A DNA stretch of 38,002 bases, from IMG/VR virus record IMGVR_UViG_3300016665_000507, positions 1-38,002 of that record. One strand, given 5' to 3'. The translations under genes were made by a program, and so were the position numbers. Under the pieces are notes generated by a model. That model was not told the DNA's origin. It made no database searches and saw only the letters and a program-made list of their open reading frames with translations. Numbering within the stretch: position 1 is the first letter of the stretch; every line of letters starts with the position of its first letter. This document shows positions 1 through 6,512 of the stretch, one piece after another. Origin of the DNA: a virus. Its lineage: Duplodnaviria; Caudoviricetes.

Positions 1-17
1 GAAGCCCGCGAAGCGAA
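1..17. repeat. 17-bp terminal direct repeat (identical to 37986-38002); probable circular assembly overlap
   Basis: GAAGCCCGCGAAGCGAA occurs at both ends and lies within a short tandem GAAGCGAAGCCCG repeat. Confidence 0.8.
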
Positions 18-28
18 GCCCGGGGGGC

Positions 29-256
29 TTAGGTCAGATCAACCCCGAGGTCGCTGAGCGCTTGTTCGATTCGGTCAGCGAGGTCGGTGGGCAGGCCGTC
101 GACGAAACTAAGGGTGGTGGCGCAGTCAGCGAAGTGAAGCGAACGGGCCTGCTGCGAAGCACGGAGCACGAGGTCGCGTTGAGCGCCGAGGGTCGCGAGC
201 TTCGCTTGCGTCAGAGCAGCGAGGAGACGGGTGAGGGGGTTGCGGGTGTTGTTCAC
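29..256 (-). CDS. Early hypothetical protein, 75 aa (paralog of 1787-2026)
   Basis: GTG start after TAGGAG RBS and cassette promoter; C-terminus VDGLPTDLADRIEQALSDLGVDLT matches the 1787-2026 product. Confidence 0.85.
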   Translation of the reverse strand: MNNTRNPLTRLLAALTQAKLATLGAQRDLVLRASQQARSLHFADCATTLSFVDGLPTDLADRIEQALSDLGVDLT

Positions 257-263
257 TTCGTCA

Positions 264-370
264 CTCCTAAGGGGCTAAGGGGGCTGGTCGTCTTGAGCCA
301 GTAACTGAAGTATACCAGACCAAGGACCAGCCGTCAAGTACCCACGAAATCACCCTACAAACCGTAGGGT
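264..370 (-). promoter_or_regulatory. Early regulatory cassette copy A: hairpin + sigma70 promoter + leader/RBS
   Basis: Minus strand: ACCCTAC-ggttt-GTAGGGT hairpin (370-352), TTGACG (337-332), 17-bp spacer ending TGG, TATACT, then CCAGCCCCCTTAGCCCCTTAGGAG. Confidence 0.85.
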
Positions 371-455
371 CAAAGACCGGGGGGCTTGACGGCTGGCCAC
401 GGCTGTGCTAAACGCGCCCGAGGCTTCACTATCGAAGTACGTGTTACGATAGTTT

Positions 456-890
456 CCGTCTATCGGGGCGAGGGGGGCACCCCCCCACTCCACCCCACTC
501 CATATCTCGAGACCTACTCCGTCGTCCACGTGGTATCCAGACCTCCCCCCACCCCCCTCCGCTACTACCCTACGACCCCACATATGTCTAGAGGGGTGGA
601 GTGGGGTGGAGTGGGTATATATCTCCGACGGGGAGACCCCACTCCTACCGACTGGAGTCCCCCCTAGAGTGGGGGTCTGGAGTCCCCTCGTCATACGGTG
701 TCATACGTTCTACCTCCAAGGTCCCTCGATCTGGCACGCTTCTTGCTAGTATACCCCCCCACTCCACCTCCAGACCCCCCCACTCCACCCCCACTCCAGG
801 GGGGATACTCCAGCTACCTGGAGTGGGTATCCCCTCTCGCCCTATAGGCGTCTCCTATCGCCCCCCTCCGTCCTTAGTCCCTAGCTAATG
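456..890. repeat. Non-coding CCACTCC/GGAGTGG repeat array (candidate origin or packaging/terminus region)
   Basis: About 13 ACTCC/GGAGT cores between 487 and 824; perfect 19-bp inverted repeat 484-502/597-615; no credible ORF. Confidence 0.7.
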
Positions 891-891
891 C

Positions 892-995
892 CCCTACGCT
901 CCGTAGGGTGATTTAACGAGTACTTGACAGACCCCCTCGCCGGTGGTATACTACAGGTACTGGAGCAAGACGCCCAGCCCTTAGCCCCTTAGGAG
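892..995 (+). promoter_or_regulatory. Early regulatory cassette copy B
   Basis: CCCTACG-ctc-CGTAGGG hairpin 892-908; TTGACA 924-929; 17-bp spacer; TATACT 947-952; CCAGCCCTTAGCCCCTTAGGAG leader. Confidence 0.9.
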
Positions 996-1001
996 TCCAC
1001 C

Positions 1002-1664
1002 ATGAACAAGCGCCAACCCGTCAAGTCCCTGAACCAGTCCACCGAGCAGGTCGCTCGCGCTGCTGCTGCCGACAAGGCACGCAAGGTCGCCAGCAAGAAA
1101 GCCCTTCGCGCTCACCTCAACGAGGTGGCCGACAGCGGCGCCGACGAGTCCGGGGTGATCACACAAGCCGAAGCTGCCGTCCAGTCCCTCGCCGACACAC
1201 TCAACACAGTCCACGCCGCTAACCTCGCCGCTGCTCGCGAAGAAGCCCAGGTGCTCGGCGTCTCCTTCGAGGCAGCTTGCGAGTCCATGGGGGTCAACCC
1301 GGTCACCGGCCACCCCACGGCCAGCGACTCCACCCCGATCCTCGGGTACTCGGGTCCGATGCTCGCCCTTCGCGAGCGCTCTAAGGCCGGTCACTACGTC
1401 AAGGGGACCAACGGCAACCCGCACTGCGGCGATGTGGTGGCCGACGCTCTCCAGGTTCTCAGCCGTGAGCGCGTGGTCGAGGTCTGCATCAAGCTGCTGA
1501 ACCTGGAGGGAAACCCCTACTTGCACCTCAACCCCGGTCAGCAGTCGATGAACCTGCGTAACAAGCTCCGCCACGCCGTCAAGTCTGGCTTCGTTACCGT
1601 CGACGCCGTGCGCAAGACGGCCGATCACTGGTCCAGCGTCCACCCCTCCTTCAAGGTCATCTGA
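1002..1664 (+). CDS. Early protein, 220 aa, with NPY-x-x-LN-x-GQQSMNLRN domain (paralog of 2908-3717)
   Basis: Strong promoter and RBS; shares a ~85 aa domain with 2908-3717; basic Ala/Lys-rich N-terminus. Confidence 0.85.
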   Translation: MNKRQPVKSLNQSTEQVARAAAADKARKVASKKALRAHLNEVADSGADESGVITQAEAAVQSLADTLNTVHAANLAAAREEAQVLGVSFEAACESMGVNPVTGHPTASDSTPILGYSGPMLALRERSKAGHYVKGTNGNPHCGDVVADALQVLSRERVVEVCIKLLNLEGNPYLHLNPGQQSMNLRNKLRHAVKSGFVTVDAVRKTADHWSSVHPSFKVI

Positions 1665-1670
1665 CAGGTT

Positions 1671-1780
1671 TGACCCTGCTGACTGTAGGGTCACTCTGAG
1701 ATACCTTGACAAGACCCAGTGCTCGTGGTATACTACAGGCACTGGGTCGCACAAAACCCAGCCCCTTAGCCCCTTAGGAG
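1671..1780 (+). promoter_or_regulatory. Early regulatory cassette copy C
   Basis: TGACCCTGC-tgact-GTAGGGTCA hairpin 1671-1693; TTGACA 1706-1711; 17-bp spacer; TATACT 1729-1734; CCAGCCCCTTAGCCCCTTAGGAG leader. Confidence 0.9.
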
Positions 1781-1786
1781 TTCCCG

Positions 1787-2026
1787 ATGTTCACCTCCCT
1801 CGTTTCTCAAGAGCGTACAGCGCTCGGTACTTTGCTCGCGCAAGCTTTCGCCGAATTGGGTCGCCTCCACGAAGCCTCCGATCCCTTGGTGCTGGCGTGG
1901 CAAGCTTTCGTCCAGTCCGACTATGCCGATGTCGCGCAGCACCTCTCCCGTGTCGACGGTCTCTCGACCGACCTTGCCGACAAGCTCGAATCCGCTCTCG
2001 CCGCTCTCGGCGTCGACCTCGCTTAA
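1787..2026 (+). CDS. Early hypothetical protein, 79 aa (paralog of 29-256)
   Basis: TAGGAG RBS; C-terminus VDGLSTDLADKLESALAALGVDLA. Confidence 0.85.
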   Translation: MFTSLVSQERTALGTLLAQAFAELGRLHEASDPLVLAWQAFVQSDYADVAQHLSRVDGLSTDLADKLESALAALGVDLA

Positions 2027-2044
2027 CCCCTAGCCCCTTAGGAG
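2027..2044 (+). promoter_or_regulatory. Leader-only copy D of the cassette (CCCCTAGCCCCTTAGGAG RBS)
   Basis: Same TAGCCCCTTAGGAG motif, 6 nt before ATG 2051, with no promoter portion. Confidence 0.8.
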
Positions 2045-2050
2045 CCTGAC

Positions 2051-2326
2051 ATGTTCGAACGTAATCTGGTCCGGTCTCGTGGTCTTACCCAGGTGTGGGA
2101 CCCCCTCGACTACGAAGACCAACACGGTCTCGACCCGCGTGCTGCCGCCAAGGCCGCACAAATCGACCGTGCCAAGTGGGCACATCAGTGGCGCAAGGAC
2201 AACACCGACCCGTCGGTCGGATTGCGTCTGTGGCGCTTGACCGGTCAACTCCGCCCGTACGCGAGCTTCGGTAACCCCGACGGTCGGACCCGTACTGTTT
2301 ACTACGCCGACATACGCCGCGTCTAA
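2051..2326 (+). CDS. Early hypothetical protein, 91 aa
   Basis: ORF preceded by the repeated leader/RBS. Confidence 0.75.
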   Translation: MFERNLVRSRGLTQVWDPLDYEDQHGLDPRAAAKAAQIDRAKWAHQWRKDNTDPSVGLRLWRLTGQLRPYASFGNPDGRTRTVYYADIRRV

Positions 2327-2401
2327 TCGAACCCGCTGCGGTGGCAGCGGCAAGCCCAGGTGGCTTGCCAGTGTCACTCTCGACACTAGAACGGAGCACA
2401 T

Positions 2402-2638
2402 ATGTTTCTGGATTACTCGACCCCCCCGGCGTCCACTTGGATATATAATGGTGACCACGCGGCAGGCAGCTTGACGCGTGGTGGTGTGATGTGGATATTC
2501 CAGCGTTGGCACGATATCGCTCGTCCTGGCGCTTGGCTGATCACGCTGTGCGCAGTCAACGGTACGAATCATTACCCGCTGTGCCGAAACGTCCACGCCG
2601 TCGTCGACGATTTTGGAACCCTGATCCCCGTCGAGTAA
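2402..2638 (+). CDS. Hypothetical protein, 78 aa
   Basis: GGAG RBS upstream; followed by a terminator-like hairpin. Confidence 0.65.
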   Translation: MFLDYSTPPASTWIYNGDHAAGSLTRGGVMWIFQRWHDIARPGAWLITLCAVNGTNHYPLCRNVHAVVDDFGTLIPVE

Positions 2639-2642
2639 TGCG

Positions 2643-2666
2643 AAGGGGGGTTGACAACCCCCTTTT
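2643..2666 (+). terminator. Intrinsic terminator-like hairpin
   Basis: GGGGGTT-gac-AACCCCC followed by TTTT. Confidence 0.55.
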
Positions 2667-2704
2667 ACTGTGATCAAATCGGTATTTTGATAGGAGATAG
2701 TCAG

Positions 2705-2806
2705 ATGTCCCACGAAGAAATCCACTCGCTCGCATGGCGAATCATCGGCGGCGCGACCTTCGCGCTCGCATGGTTCACCGTCGTCGTCGTGCTGCTGAGC
2801 CTGTGA
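2705..2806 (+). CDS. Small single-pass membrane peptide, 33 aa (not in the ORF track)
   Basis: TAGGAG RBS at 2691-2696; MSHEEIHSLAWRIIGGATFALAWFTVVVVLLSL. Confidence 0.65.
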   Translation: MSHEEIHSLAWRIIGGATFALAWFTVVVVLLSL

Positions 2807-2907
2807 AGAACGATCACCCTCCCAGCAGCGAAATGTTGCTCGCGTCTGCTGTTCACACCCTCACCAAGAGCGACAACACCTTCACCTTTCCTTATCCCGG
2901 AGCCCTC

Positions 2908-3717
2908 ATGTCGAAAGCCCTTGCCAAGACCCGCCAGACCGAAATGAAAGCCGCGACGAAGCGCATTCGCGCTCGCAAGACGGAACAGCCCGAATCCCTG
3001 TCGATGGCCGACATTCTTGCGCAAGCGCAAGCCACCGAATCTGCGGCCGTTGACTCGACACCCGATCCCGTGGTAAAATCGGGCTACAGCGTTTTCCAAC
3101 AGGAGGTACAAGCTGTGACCGACCATTCCGACCAAAAGGCCGTCAAGGCCGCCGAGCGCGAAGCCGCTAAGGCCGCTCGTGATGCAGCCAAGGCCGCTGC
3201 TGCTGCCGAGAAACAAGCCAAGGCCGAAGCCCGTGCCCAGGCTCAAGCTGCGAAGGAGTCCGAGAAGCAGGCGAAGGCGCAGGCTCGCGCTGCTGCCCGT
3301 GCCGCGAAAGAAGCCGCTGCCGCCGAAGCCGCCCAATCTGGCGTCTACGCCGGGTCGATGCTCGCTCTGCGCGACGCCCGTACGCGCTACGTGAAAGCCA
3401 TGAACGGCCGTCTTCGCTCGACCGACGACATCGCGACCATCTTCGACGCTGTCGAGCCGAAAGACGTCGTTGCAATCGCGCTGCAAGCACTCCAGCTCAG
3501 TGCGAATCCGTACACGCGGCTGAATATCGGCCAGCAGTCGATGAACCTGCGCAATCGTCTGCGTGGTGCGCTCAAGAAGGGCATCGTCACGCTGGATTCG
3601 ATCCGCCAGATCCGCGACGACGGTGGTTACACCAACACGGTCGAAACCCGTCTGGCTGAAGCTCAAGCCAAGCGCGAAGCGCGTGCCGCGAAAGCTGCCG
3701 CTCAACCCGCTGCCTGA
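2908..3717 (+). CDS. Ala/Lys-rich early protein with NPY-x-x-LN-x-GQQSMNLRN domain (269 aa; alternative GTG start at 3115 gives 200 aa)
   Basis: GGAG before ATG 2908; AGGAGG before in-frame GTG 3115; AAKAA repeats; paralogous to 1002-1664. Confidence 0.8.
   Translation: MSKALAKTRQTEMKAATKRIRARKTEQPESLSMADILAQAQATESAAVDSTPDPVVKSGYSVFQQEVQAVTDHSDQKAVKAAEREAAKAARDAAKAAAAAEKQAKAEARAQAQAAKESEKQAKAQARAAARAAKEAAAAEAAQSGVYAGSMLALRDARTRYVKAMNGRLRSTDDIATIFDAVEPKDVVAIALQALQLSANPYTRLNIGQQSMNLRNRLRGALKKGIVTLDSIRQIRDDGGYTNTVETRLAEAQAKREARAAKAAAQPAA
3050..3106 (+). promoter_or_regulatory. Internal sigma70-like promoter and RBS inside a CDS
   Basis: TTGACT 3050-3055, 18-bp spacer ending TGG, TAAAAT 3074-3079, AGGAGG 3101-3106. 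Confidence 0.6.
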
Positions 3718-3774
3718 TCCTGCCCCGGAGGACTAGCCCCCCTAAGGGGCTATCTTAGCTGACATAGGAGCACC

Positions 3775-3969
3775 ATGATACAAGGTCTTGCCAGATGCCC
3801 GGGTTTGTTGATGGGGTATGTCGATTACAAACCAGTGCTGTTCATCGCCTGCCTGACTTGTCAGCGTCGCTTTGATACTGATCGCAATTTGCCGCCGATC
3901 AAGCCGCCATCTTTTCACGACAATTGGGATGTTTGCCCGAGCTATATCGCGAAGGAGTCCAAGAAATGA
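3775..3969 (+). CDS. Small Cys-containing hypothetical protein, 64 aa
   Basis: TAGGAG RBS; C..CxxC..C pattern; ATGA overlap with the next gene. Confidence 0.7.
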   Translation: MIQGLARCPGLLMGYVDYKPVLFIACLTCQRRFDTDRNLPPIKPPSFHDNWDVCPSYIAKESKK

Positions 3970-4292
3970 ATTATCCCGATCACATCGTCTGGGAAATCGA
4001 CGACGGTACCGAAATCAAGGTCTATTTCGAGTACGACCCAGGAGAAGCCCAATGGTTCGACGCTCGAGCCGGCGTTGGATCTCCAGGATATCCACCATCG
4101 ATCGAAATCACCGAGGTGGATTTCGGCAAAGGCCGCGAGAGCATCGAGGCATACCCTCAGCTCAATCTTGACGCAATCCATGTGCGCATCGTCGACACGT
4201 TAGCAGCTGTCGACGAGACAAACGACGCCGAATACGTCGAGCACTTGGTCACAAAACACGAAGAGATGTTCCGCATCGAGGACTATCGATGA
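3966..4292 (+). CDS. Acidic hypothetical protein, 108 aa
   Basis: AAGGAG RBS before ATG 3966; ATGA-coupled at both ends. Confidence 0.75.
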   Translation: MNYPDHIVWEIDDGTEIKVYFEYDPGEAQWFDARAGVGSPGYPPSIEITEVDFGKGRESIEAYPQLNLDAIHVRIVDTLAAVDETNDAEYVEHLVTKHEEMFRIEDYR

Positions 4293-6061
4293 ATAACCAG
4301 ATCAAGGTCGGTTACGACCAAAAGACAAAACGTCTGATCCTCAACTCGCCGTTTCACTTGGTGGATGTCCTGCGTGGATTCCCGAGCCGTCGATTCGATC
4401 CGAAGTCGAAAACATGGCGCGTGCCATTACTTAAATCCAATATCCTGCACCTGGATAAGATCCGCCACCGTTATGACTTCGTATTCGACGACTCCGCCCA
4501 AGATGCGCTGCATCGAAACGAGGAATTGACAGCGAAGCCTGTTTACGTGCCTTTCCCACGCCATCTGTACGATTTCAAGAAGTCGAAAACCGGGTTCCAG
4601 CCGATGGAGCATCAGGACAAGATGCTGGACTTGTCTTACGGTCTGAAGGCGTCGGCATGGTTTGCGAAGATGGGCACAGGCAAAACCTTTGCCGCCATCC
4701 ATCTGATCATGGCTCGTTGGCTTGGTGGTGAAATCGACGCTGCCGTCATCATCTGTCCGTCGACGCTTCGTCGCACGTGGCTCAAGGAATTCACAAAATA
4801 CGCGACTGGGCCTTACGATTTTCGTATCCACGAAACGTCTGGTAAATGGTATGCAGAATTCTGTGCCGACAAGCCGGAAGATACGCTCCAGGTGTTGGCT
4901 GTATCTGTCGAAGGACTCGGTGTATCGAAGTCATTATATGATTCCGTTTGCGCTTTTTATGCACAAGGCAAACGCATCATGACGGTCTGCGACGAGTCCA
5001 GCCGCATCAAAAACCCCGACGCGATTCGCACCAACCGGGTAATTCAACTGGGAGCCGTTTCCGAGTATCGCATGATCTTGAATGGTACACCCATCGCTCT
5101 CGGTGTCCAGGATCTGTGGTCACAATATGAGTTTCTGGACCCCAATATCATCGGCCTGGGTGATTATTGGGCATTCAAAACGCGCTACCTCGTGATGGGG
5201 GGTTACGAAGATCGCCAGATCGTCGGCGTCCAGAACATGGATGAGTTGATGAATCTTGTGATTCCATATACCTGTGAGGTCGGCAAAGAAGTACTCAACC
5301 TACCGCCGAAAGTGTCTACCGAACGTTACGTCAAAATCACCTCTGAGCAGCGATCATTATTGAAACTTATTGTTCGCGGCGCAGACGGCAATCCGAATGC
5401 TCCGAAAATCAAAGTCGAAAATTCGCTTGAGAAAATCTTGCGTTGCCGTCAGGTCGTAGGCGGCTGGCTGCCACGTGCTGTGCCACGTATGGTGCAAATA
5501 GAGGGTCTCGACACCGAGGTTATCGACACGGTAATCGAGCCATTGGCCGAGAACCCGAAGCTCGATTCGTTGATGGAGTTAGTGGCCGACAATTTCATCG
5601 GCACAAAGTTCATTATTTGGTCGACCTTTACCCACGAAATCGTGGCGATCGCAAAAGCACTGTCTGAGAAGTATGGTTCCTCTTCTGTCGAGTGTTACTA
5701 CGGTGATACCGACATGGAACGACGTTCAGAAATCGAGGACCGGTATTGTAACGACTCGGTGTTGCGATTCTTTGTCGGAAACCCGAGTGCCGCAGGTCTG
5801 GGTCTGACGTTGATTTCCGGTGAAAACGACGTCATGGTCTATTATTCCGGAACAAACGCATATATCGACCGGGCACAATCAGAAGATAGAGCACATCGAA
5901 TCGGTCAGAAAAATAGTGTGACCATCGTCGATCTGATCGCCGAGCGCACGATCGATGAAGCTATTGTCGAGTCGATTCGTGGGAAAATGGACATCGAGAC
6001 GTATGTCCTCCAAAAGATCAAAGCTGGTGTGACGCTTGACTCGATCTTGGTGGGGGAATGA
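4289..6061 (+). CDS. SNF2-family (SF2) helicase/ATPase
   Basis: MGTGKT Walker A, CDESSRIKN Walker B, LNGTP motif III, AGLGLTL, QSEDRAHRIGQ motif VI. Confidence 0.92.
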   Translation: MNNQIKVGYDQKTKRLILNSPFHLVDVLRGFPSRRFDPKSKTWRVPLLKSNILHLDKIRHRYDFVFDDSAQDALHRNEELTAKPVYVPFPRHLYDFKKSKTGFQPMEHQDKMLDLSYGLKASAWFAKMGTGKTFAAIHLIMARWLGGEIDAAVIICPSTLRRTWLKEFTKYATGPYDFRIHETSGKWYAEFCADKPEDTLQVLAVSVEGLGVSKSLYDSVCAFYAQGKRIMTVCDESSRIKNPDAIRTNRVIQLGAVSEYRMILNGTPIALGVQDLWSQYEFLDPNIIGLGDYWAFKTRYLVMGGYEDRQIVGVQNMDELMNLVIPYTCEVGKEVLNLPPKVSTERYVKITSEQRSLLKLIVRGADGNPNAPKIKVENSLEKILRCRQVVGGWLPRAVPRMVQIEGLDTEVIDTVIEPLAENPKLDSLMELVADNFIGTKFIIWSTFTHEIVAIAKALSEKYGSSSVECYYGDTDMERRSEIEDRYCNDSVLRFFVGNPSAAGLGLTLISGENDVMVYYSGTNAYIDRAQSEDRAHRIGQKNSVTIVDLIAERTIDEAIVESIRGKMDIETYVLQKIKAGVTLDSILVGE

Positions 6062-6082
6062 TACTGGCGTCCGGACCCAGGG

Positions 6083-6100
6083 TGTGATATACTGTGATAT
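6083..6100 (+). promoter_or_regulatory. Extended -10 promoter candidate for the replication operon
   Basis: TG-A-TATACT (6085-6093) in the intergenic gap; TGTGATAT tandem at 10-bp spacing. Confidence 0.45.
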
Positions 6101-6118
6101 TGTAGATAGGTGATAGAG

Positions 6119-6511
6119 ATGCAACCCAGAGTATATATCATCAAAGAACAGATGGTGCGTGGTGAGACCGGACCGATTGTCGTTGACTACAGTAAGGCAC
6201 AAGAATTCGGCGACATCGAATTCATCACGCGATTCGATATGCCGATGTACGGAAAGTCGGCCGTGCAGGAGGTCTGGAACGCCGACGCTCTCGATTTCGC
6301 ACAAGCCTACGACGAGCGACAGGACTACATCGTCACCACCGGTCAACCCGTCGCGATCTTCACGATCGGCTGGGTACTCGGCAAATTCAACAAGGTTCCG
6401 CGATTCCTTGTGTGGCGGAGAGAAGAGGGACGCTATCGCGTCTTGAATTTCGATCCCACGATGCCCGTCGGGCAAAATCGCACTCCCGTGAAATCGCTGA
6501 TAGGAGCATGA
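6119..6511 (+). CDS. Hypothetical protein
   Basis: TAGGTG RBS before ATG 6119; fits the operon. Confidence 0.75.
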   Translation: MQPRVYIIKEQMVRGETGPIVVDYSKAQEFGDIEFITRFDMPMYGKSAVQEVWNADALDFAQAYDERQDYIVTTGQPVAIFTIGWVLGKFNKVPRFLVWRREEGRYRVLNFDPTMPVGQNRTPVKSLIGA

Positions 6512-6512
6512 T

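Noticed and set aside
456-890. CRISPR array, or protein-coding ORFs (350-694, 386-667, 601-888) in the repeat region
   Set aside because: Repeats are short, in both orientations and without regular unique spacers; no cas genes; the ORFs are low-complexity Pro/Gly translations without RBS.
264-2044. Integron attC cassette array
   Set aside because: No integrase is present and the repeats lack attC RYYYAAC/GTTRRRY ends; they are promoter/RBS modules.
2322-2390. tRNA gene (cloverleaf-like triple hairpin)
   Set aside because: No 7-bp acceptor stem, TTC T-loop, 7-nt anticodon loop or CCA end; kept only as a structured-RNA candidate.
2651-2679. TTGACA in the hairpin loop as a sigma70 promoter
   Set aside because: The hexamer at 17-bp spacing is TCAAAT, lacking the key -11 A; a terminator reading is better supported, although dual use cannot be excluded.
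2734-2907. N-terminal 58 aa of the 327-aa ORF
   Set aside because: No RBS at 2734, it overlaps the better-supported 2705-2806 peptide, and RBS-backed starts exist at 2908 and 3115.
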